Made by a program: the position numbers and the translations under genes. DNA of 32,000 nucleotides, from positions 210,001 through 242,000 of the forward strand of contig OZ252279.1 in assembly GCA_965250005.1 (NCBI GenBank). The letters are read 5' to 3'. Below are positions 1 to 7,867 of the stretch, in pieces; positions within the stretch are counted from its first letter, which is position 1, and every line of letters begins with the position of its first letter. The notes below the pieces were generated by a model. The model saw nothing but the letters and a program-made list of their open reading frames with translations, did not search any database and was not told where the DNA came from. Source of the stretch: Demequinaceae bacterium. GTDB taxonomy: Bacteria > Actinomycetota > Actinomycetes > Actinomycetales > Demequinaceae.

Positions 1-1
1 G

Positions 2-310
2 GAGTCCGAGATCAAGGCGTCCTGCACCCAGGCGTACGAGTCCTATCTGCGAATGTTGGAGGCCGGAATCGCGCGCGAGGTAGCCCGCGCCGTGCTGCCC
101 GTGACCATCTACTCGTCCATGTACGTCACCATGAACGCCCGCGCGCTCATGAACTTCTTGTCCCTGCGCACCACGCGCGAGGGCACCCACTTCCCATCGT
201 TTCCGCAGCGCGAGATCGAAATGGTCGCAGAGAAGATGGAAGACGGCTGGGCTGAGCTCATGCCCATGACGTACGAGGCGTTCAACAAGTCCGGCCGCGT
301 CGCGCCGTGA
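2..310 (+). CDS. thyX: Flavin-dependent thymidylate synthase ThyX, C-terminal part (5' truncated by window edge)
   Basis: Open frame from base 2: ESEIKASCTQAYESYLRMLEAGIAREVARAVLPVTIYSSMYVTMNARALMNFLSLR...; the ARE-AR-VLP and MNARALMNFLSLR motifs are typical of the ThyX C-terminus. Confidence 0.93.
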   Translation, partial: ESEIKASCTQAYESYLRMLEAGIAREVARAVLPVTIYSSMYVTMNARALMNFLSLRTTREGTHFPSFPQREIEMVAEKMEDGWAELMPMTYEAFNKSGRVAP

Positions 311-660
311 GTCGCGGTCAGGCGCGCGGCGGCGCGGCGGCGATCGTGGCGGGTTTGTTGCTGGCGACCGCCTCGCTCGCTGGGTGCAGCACCCTCGACG
401 CATACGACGTGGTGAACGGTTGCTCGGTCCCGATTGAGGTCACACTCGACCAGCCGGGTAACTCGACGCGCTCCTCTGACGCGACGCTCGCGCCCGGCGC
501 AAGCGAGGTGCTTGACAGTGTGGGCCCGCCCAGCGCCGCCCTCTATGTGAAGGCCGATGGTGCGGACGCGTGGGCCCACCAGATCCCGGGTGGCGAGCTG
601 CCGGGCTACGACCCTGACGGCCCCGCGACCTACGTGGTCGAGGGCGAGTACTGCCCGTAG
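307..660 (+). CDS. Small secreted lipoprotein of unknown function
   Basis: GTG start overlaps the thyX stop (gtga). N-terminal hydrophobic segment plus lipobox LAGC (LLLATASLAGCSTLD), 117 aa. Confidence 0.75.
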   Translation: MSRGQARGGAAAIVAGLLLATASLAGCSTLDAYDVVNGCSVPIEVTLDQPGNSTRSSDATLAPGASEVLDSVGPPSAALYVKADGADAWAHQIPGGELPGYDPDGPATYVVEGEYCP

Positions 661-800
661 GCCCTTGGCTTGCGGCCAACGGTGGGACACGTGGTAGGCA
701 TGGTTACCGCGGAATTTCTGACGAGTACAGCAGGTTCGACCGATCACAGCCGAACCGGACCCTGCGTCGACGCCGGGTCCCCGATAAACCAGGAGCGCTC

Positions 801-1250
801 ATGTCAGATCCGCAAGACAAGTTTCCCATCCCGAGTGAGGGCATGATCGTCACGCACCTCGTCATCTCGGACGATGTCCCCAAAACCACCCACTTCTATG
901 GCGAACTGCTCGGCGGCGAAGTGACGATGGACATGGACGGTGCGTTCTCGGCGGTCAAGCTCGCGAACACGTGGGTCCTGATCGTCGGCGGCGGGGGAGG
1001 AACCCCGGACAAGCCAGACGTGACGCTCGCGCCACCGGCCGACATTAACCTGTTCCACGCGTTCATGAACATCCGCGTTGCGGACATCGACGCTGTCCAC
1101 AAGGAGTGGTCGGCCAAGGGCGTCGAGTTCATTACGGAGCCGCTCGACAATCGCGGCATGGAGATGCGTTGCTACATCCGCGACCCCGATGGCCGGATCA
1201 TCGAAGTCGGCCAGTCCACGGGAATGAACGACTTCCTCGCGAACGCCTAG
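801..1250 (+). CDS. VOC superfamily (glyoxalase/bleomycin-resistance fold) protein
   Basis: 149 aa with VOC layout: LVISDDVPKTTHFYGELLGGEVTM... and C-terminal YIRDPDGRIIEVGQ; ATG preceded by aggagc. Confidence 0.88.
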   Translation: MSDPQDKFPIPSEGMIVTHLVISDDVPKTTHFYGELLGGEVTMDMDGAFSAVKLANTWVLIVGGGGGTPDKPDVTLAPPADINLFHAFMNIRVADIDAVHKEWSAKGVEFITEPLDNRGMEMRCYIRDPDGRIIEVGQSTGMNDFLANA

Positions 1251-1259
1251 CGCGACGGT

Positions 1260-1288
1260 CGCTCCGTTGCCACCAGCAGGCCGGAGCG
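1260..1288. terminator. Possible hairpin between convergent genes
   Basis: Perfect 7-bp inverted repeat CGCTCCG ... CGGAGCG with a 15-nt loop, just after the VOC gene stop and before the convergent GH20 gene end; no clear U-tract. Confidence 0.3.
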
Positions 1289-1344
1289 AAACCTGAGACG
1301 CTTGTACCTGATCGACACGTCCGCCGCGGCGGACGTCGTTGGTC

Positions 1345-2847
1345 CTACCAGCCCAGTTGCGGTTCCACGTAATAGTTAATTCCCAGGGCGTCGAGATGCG
1401 CCCGTAGCGCACCCAATCTTTGGGCGAATTGGCTGTAGTCCCGGTTGGCCTCTGTGGTCCAAGCCAACTCGGCGATCGCAGCCATGCGCGGCCACATCCG
1501 GTTGTCGGCCGCGTCAATGCTCTCCACACGCTCTGACCACATCGCGCCCTCGACGCCCATGACGTTCGAGTAACTCTGGGGATTCATGCTGTACGCGCGC
1601 TCTAGCGAGACGCCGTCGGCGCTGCACCACGTGTACGTATTGGGCTGGCCGGGGAAGTTCCCGTGGTCGAAGTAGGTGTAACTGCATGGAGACAGCACTT
1701 GCTGGATGCCACGGTCAAGTGCGGGCTGGATGTTGTAATTGTCGTTCCACAGTTGCAGCAAACCTGACGTCCGAATCTCGCCGGCGGATGCTTCCTCCCA
1801 CGCGACGATCTTGCGCCCTAGGTCCGCGGCGATGGCGTCGACCCTTTCGATGAACTCGGGGTACAGCGGATCGGCGATTTCGTCGCCGCCGATGTGGATG
1901 TACTCCGAGGGGAAGATTTCTGTGACTTCCCGAAGAACGTCCTCGACGAACGGGTAAATGACGTCGGGCTTCGTCAGGCACAACTTGCTGAAGCCCACCT
2001 CGACACCGCTGTACGTCGAGAGGTTCGTGACGTCGTCGCAGGCAAGTTCGTTGTAGGACGCCAAGGCGGCCTGCGTGTGGCCGGGCAAGTCGATTTCGGG
2101 GATTATCTCGATCTGGCGCAGGGCCGCGTACTCGACGAGTTCGCGCATCTCGTCTTGCGTGTAGTAGCCGCCTTCACCGCCACCCACATCTGTCGATCCA
2201 CCGACGACGGTGAGGTTGGGCCAACTCTTGATTTCCAGCCGCCACCCTTGATCGTCCGTCAAGTGCAGGTGCAACCGGTTCAACTTGAAAAGAGCCATGC
2301 GGTCCACGTGCTGCTTGAGGTACTCAAGCGGGAGGAAGTTGCGCGCGACATCGACCATGCTGCCGCGCCAGGGGTATGCCGGGCTATCGCTGACCTCGAT
2401 GTGGGGAAGCGTGTATTCGTCCTCCGCGGCAGCGGGCAGCAGTTGTCGGAGCGTCTGAACGCCGTAGAAGAGGCCTGTGTCTGTGGTGGCGCGAATGGAG
2501 ATGTTGTCGTCAATCGTCAATGCGTATCCCTCGTCACCGAGGCTCGGGTCGCCGTCGAGGGACAGAGTGATCGAGATCGTGGCGGAAGCGCTGTGCGCGA
2601 TGCTCAGCGCCGCGAGAGTCGACTCCAGCTCCAGAGTGCCCTGGGGCGCCGCGGCGTCGATGACGACAAGAGCATCGCTAGCGAGGACGAGCTCGCCGCC
2701 GGTTTCGACGAGATCGCTGGGAAATGGCACCACCATGGGCTGCTCCTGGGCATTTGACGTGGGAGGGGATGTTGCTGACTCAGATGCGTCCGAACTACAG
2801 GCGGCGAGCGCCAGGCATAGAACCAACACACCAATGTTACGCGTCAT
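1345..2847 (-). CDS. Secreted/lipoprotein beta-N-acetylhexosaminidase, glycoside hydrolase family 20
   Basis: 500 aa. Lipobox LALAACSSD. GH20 motifs: YPWRGSMVDVARNFLPLEYLKQHVDRMALFKLNRLHLHLTDDQGWRLEI, EIIPEIDLPGHTQAALASY, YIHIGGDEI, LQLWNDN. Confidence 0.93.
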   Translation of the reverse strand: MTRNIGVLVLCLALAACSSDASESATSPPTSNAQEQPMVVPFPSDLVETGGELVLASDALVVIDAAAPQGTLELESTLAALSIAHSASATISITLSLDGDPSLGDEGYALTIDDNISIRATTDTGLFYGVQTLRQLLPAAAEDEYTLPHIEVSDSPAYPWRGSMVDVARNFLPLEYLKQHVDRMALFKLNRLHLHLTDDQGWRLEIKSWPNLTVVGGSTDVGGGEGGYYTQDEMRELVEYAALRQIEIIPEIDLPGHTQAALASYNELACDDVTNLSTYSGVEVGFSKLCLTKPDVIYPFVEDVLREVTEIFPSEYIHIGGDEIADPLYPEFIERVDAIAADLGRKIVAWEEASAGEIRTSGLLQLWNDNYNIQPALDRGIQQVLSPCSYTYFDHGNFPGQPNTYTWCSADGVSLERAYSMNPQSYSNVMGVEGAMWSERVESIDAADNRMWPRMAAIAELAWTTEANRDYSQFAQRLGALRAHLDALGINYYVEPQLGW

Positions 2848-3060
2848 GGGACCAATCCTTGTCGCCAGCAGCGGGGGCCACGACCTGCGGGGCCTGGACG
2901 AAAATCAACGTACCATGCCGACCATAACGCCGTTATGAAGGCGTGCGCGCTGCCCCCAATGCGGCCGTGGAAGGCCGCGAGAATCGGCGGTTCTGGCCCG
3001 TCATAGCGGCGGACGACGAAGGACTCGTCGGCCATGCCTCCAAACGATAGGCTGGCAGGC

Positions 3061-3957
3061 ATGACTTCACCCACCCGTCCGTTTGGTGCGGTGCTCACCG
3101 CAATGGTGACGCCGATGCGCCCCGACGGAGAGGTTGACCTCGACGCCGCGCAGCGGGTAGCGACCTACCTGGTCGACAACGGCAACGACGGTCTCGTCAT
3201 TTCCGGAACGACGGGAGAGTCTCCCACGACTCACGCCCCCGAAAAGGTGGATCTGGTCCGGGCTGTCAAGGAGGCGGTGGGGGACAGAGCGATTATCGTC
3301 ACGGGTGCGTGCTCGAACGACACTGCGCACGCCGTGCGGATGGCAGAGCAAGGAGCAGAGGCAGGCGCAGACGGCGTCCTCGCCCTCGTCCCGTACTACT
3401 CGCGGCCATCACAATCGGGGATCGTCGCGCACCTCACGCTCATCGCCGAGGCCACGGAGTTGCCTGTCATGGTCTACGACATCCCCGGACGCACGGGCAT
3501 CGCGCTAAGCGAGGAATCCTACGACCACATCGCCAACCGCGACACCATAGTGGCCATTAAGGACGCGACGGGAAACGTTGCGTCCGCCAAGAACCGCATC
3601 GAGCGGACCGGGCTCGCCTGGTACTCGGGTGACGACGTCCTCACCCTTGAGTTCCTGCGCGCGGGGGCGGTAGGCGCCGTCTCGGTGACATCACACGCGG
3701 TCTCGCGCCAGCTCGCGGACATGGTCGCTGCGCACGACGACGGCGATTCGGCCGAGGCAGACCGCATTAATGCCGAGATGATGCCCGTGATCGAGGCAGT
3801 GATGGGCGCTGGCCTAGGCGCGGTCATGGCCAAGGCGGTTATGGAGGCGCTCGGCGTGCTCGACAACCGCCATTTGCGGCTCCCGCAGCTTGCGGCGTCG
3901 CCGCACGAATACGAGGACCTGAAGGTTGCGCTGAGCGCTGCCGGCCTCATTACCTAA
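3061..3957 (+). CDS. dapA: 4-hydroxy-tetrahydrodipicolinate synthase
   Basis: FGAVLTAMVTPMRPDGEVDLDAAQRVATYLVDNGNDGLVISGTTGESPTT and MVYDIPGRTGIALS...IVAIKDATG. ORF opens at 3034; the ATG at 3061 fits the family N-terminus better. Confidence 0.95.
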   Translation: MTSPTRPFGAVLTAMVTPMRPDGEVDLDAAQRVATYLVDNGNDGLVISGTTGESPTTHAPEKVDLVRAVKEAVGDRAIIVTGACSNDTAHAVRMAEQGAEAGADGVLALVPYYSRPSQSGIVAHLTLIAEATELPVMVYDIPGRTGIALSEESYDHIANRDTIVAIKDATGNVASAKNRIERTGLAWYSGDDVLTLEFLRAGAVGAVSVTSHAVSRQLADMVAAHDDGDSAEADRINAEMMPVIEAVMGAGLGAVMAKAVMEALGVLDNRHLRLPQLAASPHEYEDLKVALSAAGLIT

Positions 3958-3968
3958 GAAGCGAGCAC

Positions 3969-5651
3969 ATGCACTTTCACCCCGAGCTTGGCCTGCCCCC
4001 CAAAATGAAGCCGGACTCCGTCCGCATCGTTCAGTTGGGAGGTCTTGGAGAAGTCGGCCGGAACATGGCCGTCCTTGAGTACGGCGGCAAGCTGCTGATT
4101 ATTGACTGCGGCGTGCTCTTTCCAGAGGACAACCAGCCGGGCGTCGACCTGATCTTGCCGGACTTCACCTACATCAAGGACCGCCTGGACGACATCGAGG
4201 CCGTGGTGCTCACGCACGGGCACGAGGACCACATTGGCGGCGTGCCGTACCTGCTGCGCCTGCGCAACGACATCCCGCTCATCGGCTCCACCCTGACGCT
4301 CGCCTTCATCGAAGCGAAGCTCAAGGAGCACCGCATTACGCCACTGACGCTCAACGTCAAGGAAGGCCAGAAGGAACAGATTGGCAAGTTCGACCTGGAG
4401 TTCCTCGCGGTCAACCACTCCATCCCGGACGCGCTCGCGGTCATGGTGCGCACGCCCGCGGGCACTCTCCTGCACACCGGCGACTTCAAGATGGACCAAC
4501 TCCCGCTCGACGGCCGCATCACAGACCTGCGTGGATTCGCGCGCATGGGCGACGAGGGCGTTGACCTCTTCATGGTGGACTCCACCAACGCGGAGGTGCC
4601 CGGCTTCACGATGCACGAGAACGAGATCGGGCCCACGCTCGAGCATCTCTTCAGCCAGTCCGACGGGCGCATCGTCTGCGCATCGTTCGCCTCGCACGTC
4701 CACCGCGTTCAGCAGGTAATCGACGCAGCCCACAAGGACGACCGCCGTGTCGCGTTTGCTGGCCGCTCGATGATCCGCAACATGGGAATCGCAGCAGAAC
4801 TCGGCTTCCTCAAGATCCCCGACGGCATCATGATCGACGCTAAGAAAGCCGACTCGCTGCCCGCGGACAAGGTTGTGTTCATGTGCACGGGCTCGCAGGG
4901 CGAGCCCATGGCCGCCCTCAGCCGCATCGCCAACCAGGACTACAAGGTTGGCGTTGGCCCCGGCGACCTTGTCGTCATGGCATCGTCGCTCATCCCTGGC
5001 AACGAGAACGCCGTTTTTCGGGTCATCAACGGCTTGCTGCGCCTTGGCGCCGACGTTGTGCACGGCGGGAACGCGCGCGTCCACGTCTCCGGCCACGCAA
5101 GCGCTGGCGAATTGCTCTACTGCTACAACATCGTGAAGCCCAAAAATGTGATGCCCGTGCACGGCGAGGTTCGACACCTGCTGGCGAACGCGGCGATCGC
5201 CCACAAGACCGGCATTCCCAAGGAGAACATCCCGCTCGCCGACGACGGCGTCGTGGTGGACCTGCACCAAGGCAAGGCGAAGGTCGTCGGTGCTGTCCCT
5301 TGCCACTACGTGTACGTGGACGGTGGCAGCGTGGGCGAACTCACCGACTCCGAGCTCAAGGACCGGGTGATCCTCAGTGAGGAGGGCTTCGTATCAGTGT
5401 TCGTCGTCGTGGATTCAACCACCGGCAAGGTTGTCTCTGGGCCGACGATTCACGCGCGCGGAGTGGCCGAGGATGACTCGGTGTTCGACGCGATCATCCC
5501 GAAGCTCACGGAGGCGATCGAGGAAGCTTCCAAGGGCGGCACCGTCGACAACCACCAGCTGCAGCAGGTGATGCGGCGCACACTCGGGCGCTGGGTGGGC
5601 AACAAGTTGCGCCGCCGCCCGATGATCATTCCGGTGGTCGTGGAGGCTTAG
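3969..5651 (+). CDS. rnj: Ribonuclease J (metallo-beta-lactamase/beta-CASP)
   Basis: 560 aa; VLTHGHEDHIGGVPYLL motif, GLGEVGRNM N-terminus, beta-CASP region CTGSQGEPMAALSRIA, and the C-terminal end RRTLGRWVGNKLRRRPMIIPVVVEA. Confidence 0.96.
   Translation: MHFHPELGLPPKMKPDSVRIVQLGGLGEVGRNMAVLEYGGKLLIIDCGVLFPEDNQPGVDLILPDFTYIKDRLDDIEAVVLTHGHEDHIGGVPYLLRLRNDIPLIGSTLTLAFIEAKLKEHRITPLTLNVKEGQKEQIGKFDLEFLAVNHSIPDALAVMVRTPAGTLLHTGDFKMDQLPLDGRITDLRGFARMGDEGVDLFMVDSTNAEVPGFTMHENEIGPTLEHLFSQSDGRIVCASFASHVHRVQQVIDAAHKDDRRVAFAGRSMIRNMGIAAELGFLKIPDGIMIDAKKADSLPADKVVFMCTGSQGEPMAALSRIANQDYKVGVGPGDLVVMASSLIPGNENAVFRVINGLLRLGADVVHGGNARVHVSGHASAGELLYCYNIVKPKNVMPVHGEVRHLLANAAIAHKTGIPKENIPLADDGVVVDLHQGKAKVVGAVPCHYVYVDGGSVGELTDSELKDRVILSEEGFVSVFVVVDSTTGKVVSGPTIHARGVAEDDSVFDAIIPKLTEAIEEASKGGTVDNHQLQQVMRRTLGRWVGNKLRRRPMIIPVVVEA
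5572..5651 (+). repeat. Direct repeat copy 1: 3' end of rnj
   Basis: 80 bp matching 6220-6299 at 72/80 positions by manual alignment. Confidence 0.95.
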
Positions 5652-5662
5652 CGAGTGACCCG

Positions 5663-6184
5663 ATGACGCCCGGCCGTCCGAACCTTGCCAATGAGTTTAC
5701 GGGCTTCTTCGCGGGCGCCGGCGCCTTCTTGCTCGCGAGTTTCGTCGTCCTGGGAGCCGTGGGCGCGCCGTTCCTAGCGGGGGTCGACTCTTCAATTTCG
5801 GGGTGCATAGCCGATCAGCCATGGACTGTGCGGGGTTGGGTCGGTCCCGCTGCCACCGAATTGGGGGTGCTTGGCCTCGCGTGCCTGTTTCATTGGCTCA
5901 CAACGATCGCCTTCACCGGCCGAAGGTCACCGCGAGCGTGGGCCATCGTCTACTTTGCGGCCGCGTCGTTCCTCGTGACCTACGGCACCGCCATTCATGT
6001 TTGGAGTTGGCGCCATTGGAACGGGCTCGAAGCGCAGGACGGCGACATAGCTCCGGTCTGCGACCCGATCATTGCGGATACCGTTCAGATTCCGCTCGGC
6101 CTCGCGGTGTTTGGCGTGATTCTCGCCGCGCACCTGTTTGCGCTGATGCAGATCAGTGACTTCCGGCTTCGGCGGAAACCGTAG
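5663..6184 (+). CDS. Integral membrane protein of unknown function (about four TM segments)
   Basis: 173 aa with hydrophobic stretches FFAGAGAFLLASFVVLGAVGAPF, LGVLGLACLFHWLTTIAF, WAIVYFAAASFLVTYGTAI and IPLGLAVFGVILAAHLFALM. Confidence 0.72.
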   Translation: MTPGRPNLANEFTGFFAGAGAFLLASFVVLGAVGAPFLAGVDSSISGCIADQPWTVRGWVGPAATELGVLGLACLFHWLTTIAFTGRRSPRAWAIVYFAAASFLVTYGTAIHVWSWRHWNGLEAQDGDIAPVCDPIIADTVQIPLGLAVFGVILAAHLFALMQISDFRLRRKP

Positions 6185-6219
6185 TGCGCGAGATCGCCTT
6201 AGAGAGGGAGGATTTAGCC

Positions 6220-6299
6220 TGCGGCGCACGCTCGGGCGCTGGGTGGGCAACAAACTGCGCCGCTGGCCCATGATCATTCCGGTGGTCGTCGAGGCTTGG
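6220..6299 (+). repeat. Direct repeat copy 2: orphan duplicate of the rnj 3' end
   Basis: Encodes LRRTLGRWVGNKLRRWPMIIPVVVEA-WRAPH*, versus MRRTLGRWVGNKLRRRPMIIPVVVEA* in rnj. 72/80 nt identity. Confidence 0.95.
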
Positions 6300-6421
6300 C
6301 GCGCGCCCCATTGACGGCCCGCGCTCTGGGCCTTGTCCGCGAATTCGTGGGCTTCGCGACTGGTGACTGCATTCGCCGTCGTTGAGGAGTGTAGAAGTGG
6401 CTGCGTGCTAAGGTCCGCGCT

Positions 6422-7275
6422 ATGGCACCTCGCACCGCATTTCTGTCAGTGCTCGTCGCGGCGGCGCTCTCGCTAGCCGGCTGTTCCAGCCCTAGCGACA
6501 GTATCGAAACCGATACGGAATCGAAACCGATACAGAGTTTTTCATGTTCCTCCGCGCAGACGACGCGAGCTTCAGCGGCGCCGACGGCGACGGCATGCTC
6601 ACACTCATAGGGTTCGACGGGGGTGTGTCGATGTTCGGTGTCGCTCCGGAGGCGATCGCATGGACGGCTCCGGGGTCAACTATTCCAGCGGCCATGGAGA
6701 GCCAAACACTCAATGCCATCATCGAGGCGGGATCCGCGACCTACGCGGTGGCGCTATCCGAAGCAGAATATGACCAGAACACTCGATCGCTAACGTTCTC
6801 TCTCGAGAGCCTTGAGGATCTTGACGACGCGCGGGTAACGAGCGGTGCGGCGGCCTTCGACGCCCTGACCAGTGGCTCCCTGGGTGCGGTCTCAGTCTTC
6901 ATCGACCCAGCCACCGTCACCACCTGCACCTTGACGATTACCGGGCCGGGTTCATCTGATGTCGCCACCCTGTCAAATTCGTCCATGGGACTCTCGACTA
7001 ACGCGCACTGGGTCGAAGAACCTCCAGCTACGTTCCCATTCGACTCATCGATCACGTTCTCCCTTGCGCCGTGCTCGACCAACGTGTCCGTGGAGTTCAA
7101 CTATCCGATCGGTGACCATCCCGCATCGTCTGACTTGTCGGGGTTCATCCATTTCGAAGGCGTATTCACCACGAGTGACGAACCGAGCCGCTTCGCTTGC
7201 GTCATCATCGGCGATGAAACGCCGTATGAATGCGATGAATCGGGAGACGGCTTCGTCATCAAGAAGCTGTATTGA
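6422..7275 (+). pseudogene. Frameshifted (or switchable) lipoprotein of unknown function
   Basis: 6422-6610 encodes MAPRTAFLSVLVAAALSLAGCSSPSDSIETDTE.. with lipobox. The body is ORF 6544-7275 (243 aa) in the -1 frame. Deleting one unit of the 17-bp tandem repeat at 6503-6536 joins them in frame. Confidence 0.75.
6503..6536 (+). repeat. 17-bp tandem duplication (2 units, 16/17 identical)
   Basis: atcgaaaccgatacgga (6503-6519) followed by atcgaaaccgatacaga (6520-6536). Confidence 0.93.
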
Positions 7276-7390
7276 TTCGCGGACCACAGGCGGGGGTCGT
7301 TGCGCGAGCGTTGGTTTCTGCTTGCCCGCCGCTCTTTGTCCGACCGGCCGTTCTTACCTACGGAGCCAAACGCAACGCGGGCATCTTCCA

Positions 7391-7402
7391 GGACCTAGGT
7401 CC
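7391..7402. repeat. 12-bp perfect palindrome in leader region
   Basis: GGACCTAGGTCC. Confidence 0.6.
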
Positions 7403-7422
7403 AGGGGGCCGACGTCAGTTCC

Positions 7423-7480
7423 GGGGGAGGCTGGCCTCGCGGGAGGCATACGGGCCTCCCCCTCATTGCCTATGGGAGGC
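7423..7480 (+). promoter_or_regulatory. Leader with mutually exclusive hairpins upstream of the DUF2249 ORF
   Basis: GGGAGGC at 7425-7431, 7441-7447 and 7474-7480; one complementary GCCTCCC at 7454-7460 (GGGGGAGGC 7423-7431 pairs with GCCTCCCCC 7454-7462). The third GGGAGGC overlaps the RBS of the ATG at 7486. Confidence 0.4.
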
Positions 7481-7485
7481 GCGCC

Positions 7486-7776
7486 ATGCCCGAGATGATC
7501 CCCGTCAAGGAATCGAACACCAGTTGCCGATGCGGCGAGGACACGGGAGGCACCCCGGAACTGGACGCGCGGACCATTCCGCACGCGGTGCGCCACGGCG
7601 CTGTGATCGGCGCGCTCGACGGGCTCCGCACGGACCGTGCGCTTATCGTGATCGCGCACCACGACCCGGTCCCGCTCTTGAAGCAGATCGACTCCAAGTT
7701 TGGCCAGACGATCGAGCGCGAGTACGTGCAAGAGGGTCCGGACGCGTGGAAGGTGCAGTTCACAAAGGTGTCCTGA
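7486..7776 (+). CDS. DUF2249 domain-containing protein
   Basis: 96 aa: ELDARTIPHAVRHGAVIGALDGLRTDRALIVIAHHDPVPLLKQIDSKFGQTIEREYVQEGPDAWKVQFTK; RBS GGGAGG 6 nt upstream. Confidence 0.85.
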   Translation: MPEMIPVKESNTSCRCGEDTGGTPELDARTIPHAVRHGAVIGALDGLRTDRALIVIAHHDPVPLLKQIDSKFGQTIEREYVQEGPDAWKVQFTKVS

Positions 7777-7867
7777 TTCAGCGAGCATTGTGGGCGACCG
7801 CACGGCGCGTTCGCTCAGCGGGGAGCCTCACCCGCCGCGTCGTCCCCGCGCGGTAGCGTGACGGATT

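Noticed and set aside
1894-2757. 287-aa plus-strand ORF
   Set aside because: Antisense to the GH20 gene, which has clear catalytic motifs.
3954-5306. 450-aa minus-strand ORF
   Set aside because: It lies fully antisense to rnj, whose product is unmistakable; long shadow ORFs are expected at this GC content, and the translation has no recognisable domain.
7272-7856. 194-aa plus-strand ORF overlapping the DUF2249 gene
   Set aside because: Arg/Pro-rich translation with no domain. The overlapping 96-aa frame has a recognisable DUF2249 sequence and a proper RBS.
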